Source: Octopus sinensis (lineage: Eukaryota). From it: a DNA stretch of 64,000 bases. The stretch spans positions 101,060,001-101,124,000 of the forward strand of contig NC_043001.1 of assembly GCF_006345805.1 (NCBI RefSeq), given 5' to 3'. Below, in pieces: positions 23,691-37,315 of the stretch (position 1 is the first letter of the stretch; every line of letters begins with the position of its first letter). The notes under the pieces are model-generated. The model was not told the origin of the DNA and made no database searches. It saw only the letters and a program-made list of their open reading frames with translations. Both the position numbers and the translations under genes were made by a program.

Positions 23691-25913
23691 GTCTGTTTCT
23701 GTGTTGGCATGAGTTGGACAAAAACCTGTCTCTCACCACTTGTAGCCGTCCGTCATCATTTAATATACACAGCATCAGAGAAAACAATGTTTATTTCTTA
23801 TTCTCTATACTACAAGCTATTGGTCTTTTTAAAAGCTCTCTTTCTTCTCTTTTTTTTGTTTTGGTTCCATGTCTTTTACTACCATCATCTACTTCAGCAA
23901 CTAAAATATAATGAAAGAGGTCAATAGTAAGTTCCAAATAATAACCCAACAGAGTTTTATTTAAGGTCTTTCCCAGCCCCTTAAAAATAAATAAAGTAAA
24001 GACCAACCCATTGGTTCTGCTTTCAAATTCTCTTCTGTTAACGGTTTTCAATCTATTTTATTATTGCAATTTTTCAATGGCTCATTCTTCATATTTTCAT
24101 ATTTCAGAACTTTTCAGAACATATTTTTTCCATCAAGGATTAAAAATGTAACATAAATAGAATGGGAATTGATATCTTTTACATCAGTAACCTAATAATA
24201 TATCGACTCAGCAACACTTATTGTAGACCAATAAAATTTATATTTAGAATGGAAGGATATTGAGCAAGAAAAGAGAAACAATGGGGAAATCTATTCTTTG
24301 TAAAGATTAAAAGATGTTCTTTCTTTGAGCTGTGTGTTTTCTTAAATTAAAGCTGGCTTTACTGAGAAAAAGCAATAAGACTTACATCCAAAAGACTGAA
24401 GGAAACTAAATTGTAATAAAGCATTCAGACCATTAGGATCATCATCATCACCATCACCATCATCATCATCATCATCATTGTTGTCGTCGTCTACATCATC
24501 ATCATCACCACACATTCATCATCATCATCACCAAAGTAAGTCTTTTGTTTCAATGTTCTTCTGTGAAATAAAGCAAATGTGTTCAAGATCCACACAGACA
24601 GACATTGACCTTTTCTTTCGCAGCAAAACACAGAAACAAGAGAATTGTCTTCATGTATTCATTGTTACCGTAATCTATAAAAGACGTTGGTACCATAGAT
24701 GTACAACTTCACCCCCCAACAAAAAGATTTCATCAATTTCCATGACTTTTCTCGCCCTTATTTCATCCAATTCGATGGCTATTTTACAAAATAATTTTGA
24801 TAGAATTTGAACAGAATCTTCAATTGAGTTCGTCAACAAATTGGTTCCACCATGTAGTATTGTGTTTCGTTAGTCCTACAACCATGTTTACTTAAACATA
24901 GCAGCAAACAATTTTAAGGGTTTTCTTTTGGCCCCTTTTGTTTGTGTCAGAAAGCTTTTGTTGAAGTCTGTATTTTAATAGAAAAAAAAAAACAAAACAA
25001 TACAGGCCAATGTAGGCCATTGTTTCTTATAAACAAGGAGAGACTGTAGCAGTGTCAGCCGACATCATGTTGGCTATCTTGCCTGCATGTTCTCTCTATG
25101 GCCCTCTTATTACAGATATGGCAAAAAGGCCCCAGCACATGTTAGTCATGTCCGAGGTGGGTGCTGAAAAATTCTTGAAGTATTTCGCTAATTTTCCCCC
25201 TTGAACTCTTACATGTCCATTCTTGTAAATATGACCAAAACCATGTTCAGACATTATATAATGGAATTGTCATTAGATTTATTAAGCGTTTTAATGTCTT
25301 AGTTTGGAATATTTTATTTTGTTTTGATCTGTGATTATCTCTTTAATCTTCTTAACAGAAATAAAAGACTGTTGATATATTTCTTCATTAGTCTCATTTA
25401 ATTCAAGAAACCATCTTATAATTCTCAGTCTTTTTATTGATTGTAACTTTTCAATTGTGTTTAGAAGTAACTTTGAGTAAATACGATTTATTATTAAAAA
25501 AAAACTCATATTATTTCTTATATTAGAATTTTATTCATTCTCATAGTTTTCTGGTTAAACCTTGCCCTGGTTTATGCCAAACATTGCTGCCTGCACTGTA
25601 CCCAGGCAAAATTCATGATGATTCCTAGGAACATTGGTTTCAAATTTTGGCACAAGGCCAGCAATTTCAGGGGAGAAAGTAAATCACTTCTGCTGAACTT
25701 GTACTTATTTCATCGACTCTAAAAGGATGAAGTCGACTTTGGTGGGATTTTTAATTCGGAATGCAAAAACATGAAATTCCTCTAAGCATTTTGCCCAGAA
25801 TACTAATAATTCTGCCTGCTCACTGCCTTTTTACCAATAATGATAACAACAATAATAATGATGATGATGATAATAATAATAATAAGAAGAAGAAGAATAT
25901 AATAATAATAATA

Positions 25914-26301
25914 AGCCATGCAGTCTTAATTGAGAAAGAAAGCAAGTGATGCTGGATCATAGATATAGTATACCCAGCTGACAAGGTATGTGATAAGGAA
26001 GAAAGAAAAGTCAAGAGATATGACAGGTTAGCTTGGGAGGTTAAGCAGTTGTGGTTGATGGAAAATGTGGTAGTAGTACCAATAATTGTCAGAGCCCTGA
26101 TAACAGCAAGTAAAAAGTTTTAGAAGCACATGGAATAAATAGGGGCTGCGATAAGGGTGGAGCACTTGCAGAAAACAGCACTGTTTGGAACCGCTTAAAT
26201 ACTCCGGATGGTGCTCAAAAAACAAGAGGTGTCACCTTAGTTCACTGTAGTGAACAGCTGACACTGTAGTACATCTCCAGAGTTAAAAGCTGTGCAAAGG
26301 C
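25914..26301 (+). mobile_element. R4/Dong-like non-LTR retrotransposon, extreme 3' fragment 1
   Basis: AVLIEKESK*CWIIDIVYPADKVCDKEERKVKRYDRL...VVVVPIIVRAL...HLQKTALFGTA = restriction-like endonuclease C-terminus; (AAT)n on both sides. Confidence 0.8.
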
Positions 26302-26320
26302 AATAATAATAATAATAATG

Positions 26321-26389
<69 letters not shown>

Positions 26390-26391
<2 letters not shown>

Positions 26392-27508
26392 GACAGGATC
26401 TAGGATGCATCACCCAAAATCTGACATAGAAAGACTATATATACAACGTATAGAAGGTGGTAGAGGCCTTATACAGCTGGAAAACTACTATAAAATAACC
26501 ACCATAGGACTGCAAAAATACCTACTTCAGAAGGAAGGAAAACTGATCCAGGTAGCAGCAAAACACGAGCAAAACAAAAAACTGTTCTCAGTATTTAAGG
26601 AAGCTGACAAATACAAACAAGAAATCATACCACCTAATAAACACAAAGAAGAAGAAGATGATGATGAAGAAACAACAAAAGCTATAAAACAAATGAAATC
26701 CAAACTAAAAATAGAACAGCAACAAGCCATGATAAAACGATGGCAAGAAAAGCCCCTTCATGGTAAATACTGCACTAAACTAAACGCAAAAGAAATAGAC
26801 AAAGAAAAATCCCAGCAATGGTTGAGAAGCTCAGGACTCAAAGCAGAAACAGAGGGATTTTTAATTGCAGCACAAGACCAAAGCCTCCCCACCAGAAATT
26901 ACCAAAAACATGTAATGAAAAGAAATATTACAAGTAACTGCAGAATATGTGGAGATGGACAAGAAACAATAAATCATATTATCTCTAGCTGCCCAGTCCT
27001 GGCTAAGAAGGAATATATTCACAGTCATGACAGAGTTGGAACCTACATACATTGGAAGCTATGCCAACATTATGGAATAACAACAGAAAAAAGATGGTAT
27101 AGACACATACCAGAAAAGGTCACAGAAAACGAGAAAGCAACCATACTCTAGGATATGCCGATACACACAGATAGAGAAATTAAGGCCAGCAGACCAGATA
27201 TAGTTGTCAGAGATCATGAAGAAAAAAAATGCTTTCTAATTGATGTATCAATACCGGCAGATGACAACGTGTCTCTAAAAGAAATGTAGAAACTCTCAAA
27301 ATACAAAGACCTGGAAATAGAGATAACTAGAATGTGGAACCTGAAAACAGAAACAATTCCTATCATAGTAGGTGCATTAGGCATGATAAAAAAATATTCA
27401 GACAAATACATAACAAAAACACCAGGACTTACAAACACATATAACATACAGAAAATTGCACTACTAGGCACTGCACACATCCTACGCAGAACACTTTCCA
27501 TACAATAA
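26390..27508 (+). pseudogene. R4/Dong ORF C-terminal remnant (post-RT domain, CCHC knuckle, PD-(D/E)xK endonuclease)
   Basis: HHPKSDIERLY..GGRGL; ETEGFLIAAQDQSL; CRICGDGQETINHIISSC; RPDIVV..LIDVSIP..KLSKYKDL; one frame with nonsense codons at 27149 and 27287, natural stop 27506-27508. Confidence 0.9.
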
Positions 27509-27602
27509 CCATCAGAGCATCACAACAAATCACAGCACATACCCAAGGCACACAGAGCTGCGCTCGGTAGTGAAGTGAAAGCACGCTATAAAAATAAAAC
27601 TA

Positions 27603-27605
<3 letters not shown>
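26390..27605 (+). mobile_element. R4/Dong-like non-LTR retrotransposon, 5'-truncated copy 2 with 3' UTR
   Basis: ORF remnant plus ~100-bp 3' UTR; flanked by (AAT)n at 26302-26388 and 27606-27640. Confidence 0.92.
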
Positions 27606-27640
<35 letters not shown>

Positions 27641-27642
<2 letters not shown>

Positions 27643-29277
27643 TTTGTATTGGCCATGACGCTGCTCACTATGATACAACAAATAGTTAAAATAGCTTGCA
27701 ATTTGGGAAATGGTCAGATAAATCATCCCCTTTTCATGGATGATATAAAGGTTTATGCGCAAACAGAGAAACAACTTGAAAGTCTTGTACATACTATCTA
27801 CATTTTCTCAAATGAGGTAAGTATGGAATTTGAGATAGGAAATTGTGCTATATTGAAAATGAAATGAGGAAGATTTGAAAGAAGCCAGGGAAATGAAATG
27901 CTAAATAGGCTAACAATGAGTGTGGTTGAGAAAGGTATAAATACTTGGGGATACTGGAAGCAGACGAGATTAAAAAAATGAAGAAATGACACAAATTACC
28001 AGTAGGGAGTGTATGAGGAGAGTCAGAAATTTAATTCCAGTCAAAACTGAATTCCAAAAATCTTATTGAAGTAATAAATTCAAGAGCAGTACCCTTAATC
28101 AGATATGGAGTTGAAATTATAGGCTGGACCAAAAGCAATATAAAGAAATTTGACAGAAAAACTAGAAAGTTGTTGATAATGCATGGAACCCACCATCCAA
28201 AAGCTGATACCAACCAGCTGTACTTGAGGTGAGACCAAGGTGTAAGAGGTTTAATAGTAGTAGAAGAATGTGTACAAATGGACAAAAAAATGCCTAGTAG
28301 AGTATTTACAGAAGAACACAGAGAAACTACTAAAGACAGTGAATTAAGAACTGGTGATGAAGTACAAAATAGGAGGAAAGGACAAGAATGACATACGAAG
28401 AGAGCACATCAGAAAGATTGAAGAGAAACGTCTGCATGGCCAGTTTTGGAGTGCCACAGAAGACGTAGGTGGAAGAAGAAATCCTGGGCTTGGTTAAAAA
28501 AGAGGGTAACTAAAAAAAATAGAAACAGAGAGCCTAAGTGTAGCAGCCTAAGATTAAGTGATAAAAACAAACAACTTGAGAAAAAATATATATAGAAAAA
28601 AATGTGTCAGAAAAGTGTTAAGTCTGTGGAACTTGGAATGAGATAGTGGCACACATTGTGACAGAATGCCCAAATTGGCACTGGAAGAATATAAGAAATG
28701 GAGTCACAACCAAGTTGTAAAAGTTTCACACTGGGAACTGTACCAGAAATGGGGATTTGAAGCTGGAAACACATGGTACAATCATCGAGTGAAAAGTGTA
28801 TTGATGTTGGAGAAATGCAAGATTTTGTGGGATTTTGCTATTCAAACAGACAAGATATTAGAAAATAATCGACCAGGTATAACGATTATAGATAAGGAAA
28901 AGTGAAGTTGTTTACTTATTGACCAATCATGCCCATCTGATTCCAGGATCATAAAGAAAGAGGAAGAAAAATACAATCCCTTAAAGTTTGAAATAGGAAG
29001 AATTTGGAGCATGCAAAAAGTAATGGTCATACTTATAGAAATTGGTGCCTTGGAAACGGTAAGCCAAGATATAGACAAAATGGCTGAGACTGGAATGGAA
29101 TACTTGGTAAAGCTTCTGCAGAAAGTTTGTCTCTTAAGGGACCGCAAGGATTATCAGGAGTGTTCTAAGCACTGGAAAGACTGCCAAAAGTTTGTGGATA
29201 CCTAAGGTTACAGGTAGTAACCCACTAACCACATAAATCCTACCAGGAATAAGACCAAACCTAAGTCAAACGAAAAC
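27641..29277 (+). mobile_element. R4/Dong-like non-LTR retrotransposon, older 5'-truncated copy 3
   Basis: LFMDD catalytic motif at 27730-27744, HHPKADTNQLY, HIVTECPKLA, ILWDFAIQTD..NRPGI; many stops and frameshifts. Confidence 0.88.
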
Positions 29278-29282
29278 AATAG

Positions 29283-29480
29283 TTTCAAATGTTGGCACAA
29301 GGCCAGCAATTTCGGAGGAGGGGTAAATTGATTACATCAACTCCAGTGTTCAACTGGTACCTCTTCTACTGACCCTGAAAAGGATAAAGTACAAAGTCAA
29401 CTTGAGTGGAATTTGAACTCAGAATAGACAAAATGCCACTCAGCGTTTTGCCTGACATGCTAACGAATCTTACAGCTGGC
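29283..29480 (-). mobile_element. Family B SINE fragment
   Basis: GGCACAAGGCCAGCAATTTCGG...GGAATTTGAACTCAGAA. Confidence 0.75.
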
Positions 29481-30358
29481 TAAGAACATTAACTGATGAT
29501 AAGCTTTATGTTGTAAGAAGTATTAGTGGAGAGCAATGGAGAGTAATGGAGAGTATTAGTGGAGAGGAATTTAACTGAATTTTTAGCTTTTACTATTTAT
29601 TTTCATTCACACTTTGCATGTTTATTGTGAAAATAAAAGAACAACAACACCAACATCAACACCATTAACATTTACCAATATTTACAGCAACAACACTAAC
29701 AGACAAATAGAAAAAGAAAAAATAATTATTTCCTAATAATAATAATTTCAATTAAGGATGTCAAATATTGTTGTTGTTGTTCTTAAGCGGAAAGAAAATA
29801 ACACTTTCTTTGCAGAGAAAAGAAGCAAATTACAAGAAAAAATTGTAAACTGAAGCAAAAAAAAAAGAAAAAAAAAACAGAAAAACAGCAAGTAATTTTA
29901 AATAAACGCAAATGAATAAATATTCACTTTGACCCAAACAAGATTTGAAGAAATTCAGTAATGCTATCAGAACATTACTGCTTTCAGAAAATATTGTCAG
30001 GGCAATGATGAAATCATTACATTTCAAACGAAATTCTCATTAATCGGAGTAGCGGGTAATTTTGATTTCATGTTATCGAGTTAAGTGGATGAGTCATGAA
30101 AGCGAAGTCATTCGGACATGTAACCATAGCAAGCTGGTACAAGTCTGTGCTATAGATTAAATAATTGAAACAGTGGAATCGGTTTTATTGCGTGAGGAAG
30201 AAGGGAAGTCTAACGTTTTCCAGAAGAAACCTTCCGAGTGAAAAGAAAGTGTCAACTGGGAGTAGCAAGGAGAAGGAGAAGGAGGAGGAGGAGGGGAGGG
30301 GAGGAGTATGGGGAATGTAAGAAGTGTCAGAGAAAGAAGTAACAATGCTCGGAGAGGA

Positions 30359-30389
<31 letters not shown>

Positions 30390-30419
30390 AAGAAAACGAC
30401 AGCAGATGTGAAAGTGGCT

Positions 30420-30459
<40 letters not shown>

Positions 30460-30507
30460 AAAATGGGGGAGAAACATTATTCAGACATACAACCACATAT
30501 AAATGTG

Positions 30508-30529
<22 letters not shown>

Positions 30530-30542
<13 letters not shown>

Positions 30543-30595
30543 ATATACGTATATGTATATATATATATATACACACACACACTCATATACGTATA

Positions 30596-30630
<35 letters not shown>

Positions 30631-30964
30631 GTATTGTATATATATATATATACACACACACACTCATATACGTATATGTATATATATATATATACACACA
30701 CACACACTCATATACGTATATGTATATCATCATCATCATCATCATCATTTAGCGTCCGCTTACCATGCTAGCATGGGTTGGACGGTTCTACTGGGGTCTG
30801 TGAAGCCAGAAGGCTTCATCAGGCCCAGTCAAATCTGGCAGTGTTTCTACGGCTGGATGCCCTTCCTAACGCCAACCACTCCGTGAGTGTAGTGGGTGCT
30901 TTTTACGTGCCACCCGCACTGGTGCCAGACAGAGCTGGCAAACGGCCACGAACGGATGGTGCTT

Positions 30965-31001
<37 letters not shown>

Positions 31002-31010
31002 TCATATACG

Positions 31011-31025
<15 letters not shown>
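30530..31025. repeat. Compound minisatellite [(AC)n-TCATATACGTATATG-(TA)n] x5 interrupted by an RTE 3' end (30727-30965, minus)
   Basis: Unit cores at ~30541, 30583, 30664, 30708, 31002. Confidence 0.85.
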
Positions 31026-31063
<38 letters not shown>

Positions 31064-31765
31064 AATATGTGTGTGTATATATATACATATATATGTATAT
31101 ATACATATATATATGTGTGTATATATGTATATATATATGTATATATATGCATACATATACATATAGATGTGTGATTACACATAAATATATGTATGTGTGT
31201 GTGTGTATGTATAAATGTATACATGTATATATGTGAATGTAAATGCAGGTATATGTATGTGTGTGTGTGTGTGTGTGAGTGTGTGAGTGAGTGTGTGTGT
31301 ATCTGCACTGCACTCACGCATAAATATTAGCTAGAAGTAAGATAATTGGAATTGTTACTAATAACGATAACGAACGTGCTAAGATATATCTTAGATTTTT
31401 TGTTTTCCTGAATCACCAAAAAGGATTAAGTAAATATTTCTAAATAGGTAAACCATAACATCTCCCTTTACTTTTAGAGATATTCTCTACCGTTGCTAGT
31501 GAGTGTGTGAACCATTAGGGTGCAATAAAAGAAATATTATTATCATCATTGTTGTTGTTGTTGTTGATGTTATTGTAGAACACCAGACAAAGTGCTTGAT
31601 AGCATCCATTCATCTTTACATTCCAGGTTCAAATTCTGTCCAGCTCGACTTTGCCTTTCTTCCTTTTGGGGTTTATAAAATAAGTAATCAACTTAACCCC
31701 TTCCCACAAATTTCAGGCGTTGTGCTTTGAATAGAAAGGATTATTTTTATTATTATTATCATTAT

Positions 31766-32335
31766 CAGGAGTGGCTGTCTGGTAAGTAGCTTGCTTACCA
31801 GCCACATGGTTCCAGGTTCATTCTCACTGCATGGCACCTTGGGCAAGTGTCTTCTACTATAATCTTAGACTGAGCAAAGCCGAGTGAGTGGATCTGGTAG
31901 ATGGAAACTGAAAGAAGCCCATTATATGTGTGTGTGTCTGTGTATAGCTTTTTTGATAAATAATAGAACTAAAAGCCAACCACATGGTTCCAAGTTCAGT
32001 CCCACTTTGTGGCACCTTGGACAAGCGTCTTCTACTATAATCTCAGGCTGAGCAAAGCCTGGTAGATGGAAACTGGAAGAAGCCCATCGTATATATGTAT
32101 ATATATGTATATATATGTACGTGTGTATATGTTTGTGTGTCTGTGTTTGTCACCCCACCATTGCTTGACAACCGATGGTGGTGTGTTTACATCCCTGTAA
32201 CTTAGTGGTTCAGCAAAAGAGACTGATAAAATAAGTACTAGGCTTACAAAGAATAAGTCCTGGGGTCGATTTACTCGACTAAAGGTGGTGCTCCAGCATG
32301 TCCACAGTCAAATGACTGAAACAAGTAAAAGAGAG
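31766..32335 (+). mobile_element. Two family A SINE copies in tandem (head plus near full-length)
   Basis: CAGGAGTGGCTGTCTGGTAAG... and ...CCACATGGTTCCAAGTTCAGTCCC...GACTGAAACAAGTAAAAGAG. Confidence 0.85.
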
Positions 32336-33477
32336 TATCATCATTATTAGCTTCGGTACAAAGGATGCTGTAAGCTTTTGACAAAATCTTCCCTTTTCCA
32401 CCTTTTGGGATTCTTCTTTGCTTAATTGGCATTGATTAATTTGAGGTTGAGCTCACCAACTGATTCTGGATATATTTGCTTTTACATAGCGAGACCCCAA
32501 TTGCAATGTCTGACATTTAAAATTTATCCAAAGTTAGGAAATCCTAACTTTATGCTAAAGAAGATGGAGGTGAAGGATTCCATAATAATGTTAGAAGAGA
32601 GAAAGAGAAAGAAGAGAGTAAGAGAGTGAAAAATGAGACAACAGAGAAAATGAAATGAAAAAATAATTACTGATGAAAATTCTCAAATGTCCAGGGAAAA
32701 TATGAAAAGCAAAAAGAGATAAAAATCACAGAAAAAGAAAACTCAACATAAAATAACAAAAACAAAAGAGGAACAATTTTTTCTAAACAGAAATGAAATC
32801 CCTTCAAAGGAAAATAACAAAAAAAAAAAAATTAAAAACCTGAAGAGGCTAAAGATAAATGAAGATTCATTGTTTTTCAAAAATCAAACAAACAGAAAAT
32901 AGGCAAAATTATGCATCTTTGGTGCCACAAAATTTCTGAAGAAGTATCAATGACACAAAAAGATTTAGGTTCAGAATATAAACAACATGATAAAGATAGA
33001 CTGTTTGTAAAATTAAAATCAGGTCATTTTACTGAATATAAAAGAAAATACTATCAAGCTGATAGTGTTTCACAACATCGGATACCTTTAAAATGGTCAC
33101 TTGAACACAACTTGAGAAATGGCTAAGCAGATAGATATGTTGTGTACCTAACTCAACCCAACCAGAAAAATCTCTGTTTTATTTCCTTGTTTCTTGTTTT
33201 AATTATTTTGTTTTATTGTACTTTTAAAAAATTCATTTCTGTGCAGATATGTGCATATATGTTTTCCTATGTGTGCATATTTATTCCAATAAATATATCT
33301 ATGTACACACGTGTGTATATGTATGCATACATGGGTGTATGATAAATGTGTAGGCACATGTGCATGTGTGAGTAATTGCTTCCACACTCTGTGATGTTCT
33401 TTCTTTGTGGCCCCCAGGAAATATTAAAATTTTTTGTCACTTTTTGAGACCCCGGGGTTAATAAGAACAAGACTTTG

Positions 33478-33835
33478 ATCCATCATCATCATCAACATCA
33501 TCATTTAACGTATGCTTTCCATGTTGGCATGGGTTGGACGGTTTCACTGATGACTGGAAAGCCAAGAGGCTGCACCAGGCTCCAATCTGATTCAACAAGG
33601 TTTCTACAGCTGGATGCCCCTCTCCACACCACTGATGTTATCCGAAGGAAAGGCAAAGGCCATGATACAGCTTGGCACCAGTAACATTGCAACTTGTTTC
33701 TACAGCTGAGTGAACTGGAGCAACATGAAATAAAGTGTCTTGCTCAAGAACACAACACACAGACCAGTCCGGGAATAAAACTCACTACCTCATGGTAGTG
33801 AGCCTGATACTCTAACCACTGAGCCATGCACCTTC
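33478..33835 (-). mobile_element. RTE 3'-end fragment followed by a minus-strand tRNA-like SINE head
   Basis: CATTTAACGTATGCTTTCCATG...; reverse-complement GCATGGCTCAGTGGTTAGAG. Confidence 0.65.
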
Positions 33836-34556
33836 ACTGATAGCAATTACCATATGTATATAAGAATGACATGAACAACAGCAGGAATCTTCTAACCCTT
33901 CTACACACAGACTTGCACCAAGTATTGAGTTCTTTTGATTTCATGCCAATAAAAATAAGATTGAAACAGATGAACGGTGCATAAGAATTATTATATATTT
34001 GAAAGAATTTAAGTGGAAATGGTGTCATGACACATATCAGAACAATGGCGGTGGAATATTTGTAAACATTCTTAGAGCTCTACAGGAATAATATGTTTCT
34101 TAATTGTTTGTTTATAGAATTGATTTGCTGTTCGTAAATTAAAACAATAATCTTTATTGCTTTTTATAATATAAAGTATTTTGTTTTAATCTCCATCGAT
34201 TTACTGTTCTCTGCGTTGATTATTTTACAATTTAATTTCAGATAAATTCATCACAGAAAGGTAGACATAAAAGGTAAGTGGATGCAATAAGGTATTCAAA
34301 GAATGAAAATATTTCATGATGGAAATACTTTGGAATTAATTTCATACATTCATATCAAACATTGATAACAGTTTTCAAGGTTTGCTGTTATTTATTCAAA
34401 GAATTCAGATTTTTCTTCTTATTCCGAACCACCATTGATTAAAGATTCTGCAGTTCAGTAAAGCTGTTATTACTAGTTTATATATATTACATACACACAC
34501 ACACATAGATATATAAAATATAAATTATTATTACTATATATGTATATATATATATC

Positions 34557-34861
34557 ATCATCATCATCATTGTCTAATGTCCGCTTTCCATGCTAACATG
34601 TGCTGGAAGATTTGTCTGAGGGCTGGCAAACCAGATGGCTGAACCAGGCTTCAATCTTGATCTGGCAGAGTTTCTACAGCTGGATGCTCTTCCTAACACC
34701 AACCACCCCAAGAGTGTAGTGGGTGCTTTTTACATGCCAGTCAGGCGGTACTGGCAACGACCTTGCTCGAATCTTTTACACATGCCACCAGCACAAGTGT
34801 CAGTAAGGTGATGCAGGTAACAATCACGCTCAAATGGTGCCTTTTACGTGCCACTGGCACA

Positions 34862-34862
<1 letters not shown>
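34557..34862 (-). mobile_element. RTE 3'-end fragment
   Basis: (CAT)n...TCCGCTTTCCATGC...GCTGGATGCTCTTCCTAACACC. Confidence 0.8.
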
Positions 34863-34911
<49 letters not shown>

Positions 34912-35659
34912 TATATATATATTCTTTGCGCCATACTCTTTGCATATGTCTATCCTCAACTGTGTCAGGAACTGACAAACCCATTCATCTCTCCAATCCA
35001 TCTCCCTCTTGGAACTAGTCCATGATGGAGAGAAGATGTAGAGGATGTTGCCTGCTGAAGAGCAGTGAGTACAGATGGAGGAAAGAAAAGAGGGAAGAGA
35101 TAGAGATGAGCACTTGAACAAACCTGTACATCCCCCATATCCCCCTCCCTCTCCCTCTCTCTTTTGATACACATACACACACACACACACACACGCACAC
35201 ACGGCATAGTTGTGGACTTCAGAAATATACTTCCCAGTCACGCAGTTTTTACTTCAGCCTCCAGACCATAATACAAGCAGTGCTGTCCATTTTCATTCTT
35301 CCTTGTCTGGTGATGGAGAAATGTTACTTTGCTTGGGAACAGGTGAGGGTTATTGACAGAAAGGGCAACCAGTTTTTATTTAACAAAATGCTTCAGTAAA
35401 TTCACTCCAACCCATGTAAGCATGGAAAAGAGAAGACCAAACCAACAAGGATGGTATGTACAGTCTTTCTCCTTTCTGATCCATTGTCCCCTTTTTTTAT
35501 TGTATTGCGTTCTTCATTATATATTCCCTACCACCGCCATCTCCATCACCCCACCACCATCACCTCCATCACCAGCATTATCACCACCACCACCCAGTGT
35601 AATTAAATTTCCATTGATGCCTATGTGTCCAACAGGGTAGTAATGCTTTGCTTATTTTC

Positions 35660-36070
35660 CTTTCATTATATTTATTCTTTGAATGTCTTTGGTGAATCTT
35701 TTGGTATCAGAGTGAAATGCATTATTCTCCAAGAAGAAGCATTTCTATTTTTCCAAAGCATCTTCCCCTGCTTTTCCTGATATGATTTATTTAAGCTTCA
35801 CTTTTGCTTCAAGAACATTTTTTCCTATATCAATAGTTTTTGCTTTCTGAGGCCTTTTTCTTTCTCGCATTAAACCCATTTTTTCCCTTTCACTTTCTAT
35901 TGAAAAGTCTTCCCTTTTCTTTTACACGATTTTCTGGAATATATTTATCTTGCCATTTTTTGAATGGAATTTGGATGAACATCTGATTTTGTTAAGATCA
36001 AATCCAGTTTCCCTCAATACTATCGCTTTTACAGAACAGCCCAGTTCATTTAGTCTGATAATATTTGGAC
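35660..36070 (-). mobile_element. Degenerate R4/Dong-like pre-RT region
   Basis: FFLENNAFHSDTKRFTKDI resembles the ..QNKLF..NQKRFYKEL motif upstream of RT in this clade. Confidence 0.4.
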
Positions 36071-36164
36071 TGTTTCCATGAACAGAATTTCATGCAGGGC
36101 CCTCAGAAACATAACAACATCTGAAAAATGTCTCTTGCAGTATTTCTTCAGGTTCAAAGAGGAC

Positions 36165-36372
36165 AAGCTGGCAGAAAAGTTAACACGCTGGGTGAAATGC
36201 TTAGCGCTGTTTCATTTGTCTTTATGTTCTGAGTTCAAATTCTGCCAAGATCAACTTCGCCTTTCATCCTTTTGGGGTCGATAAATAAAGTACCAGTTAC
36301 CTACCAGGATCGATCTAATCGACTGGTTCCCCCCCCCAAAATTGTGGGCCTTATACCTAGAGTAGAAAAGCG
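36165..36372 (+). mobile_element. Family B SINE
   Basis: AAGCTGGCAGAAAAGTTAAC...TTCTGAGTTCAAATTC...CCTAGAGTAGAAAAG. Confidence 0.8.
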
Positions 36373-37232
36373 TATTTCTTCTGGTTTTTTACATTCAAAG
36401 TTCAAATCTCACCAAAGTCAGCTTGGTCTTTTCACCTACTGGGGCTGATAAAATAAAGCAGCCAGCTAAGTACTGAGGTTGATGAAATTGGTTGAACTCT
36501 ACTCCAGGAAGTTTTCAGTCTTGCACCTAAATTAGAAACATTCTCTGACGTTTCTAAGTGAAAGCGAGGATGGAGAGAGAATTATCTTGATGAACTTATG
36601 AAAAGATGGGTGACTGTGGCAAAAATGGTGAGGGTGAATAGCCCTTCCCTAAATATGCACCTGCAGATTGGAGAGCACGAGAGAGGTCTCGAACGTTTAG
36701 TGGTCAGGGTCATCCTGGCCCTAGTTGGAGTTCCTTGATTGGCCCCAGCTGGAGTTCCTTCAGTGTCAGGAGAACTGCATCGTTCATGTTATCTCATACT
36801 TTGTATACCTTTCTTTTATTCTTTTACTTGTTTCAGTCATTTGACTGCTGCCATGCTGGAGCACCACCTTAATGGATTTTAGTCAAAGAAATTGACCGCA
36901 GCATGTATTCTTTGTAAGCCTACTATTTATTTCATCAGTTGCTTTTGCTGAACTGCTATGTTACGGAGTGATAAACACATCAGCATCGGTTTTCATGTGC
37001 TGGTGGGGAGACAAACACAGACATACACAAATATATACATATATATATATATATACATATCTTGACTATTGAATAATTGTAACATATTATTTTATAGATA
37101 AATTTCCTCTATTTACATAATATTGAGGTCTCTTTCTTTCTTTTGTTATCTTACCGTTTTTACCAATATATATATATATATATATGCATGTATGTATATA
37201 TATATATACATATACATACATATATATATATA

Positions 37233-37283
<51 letters not shown>

Positions 37284-37315
37284 ATATACATATATATATG
37301 TGTATATATATAGAT

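Noticed and set aside
25291-25509. ORF possibly resembling a Penelope N-terminus
   Set aside because: No diagnostic motif; AT-rich low-information sequence.
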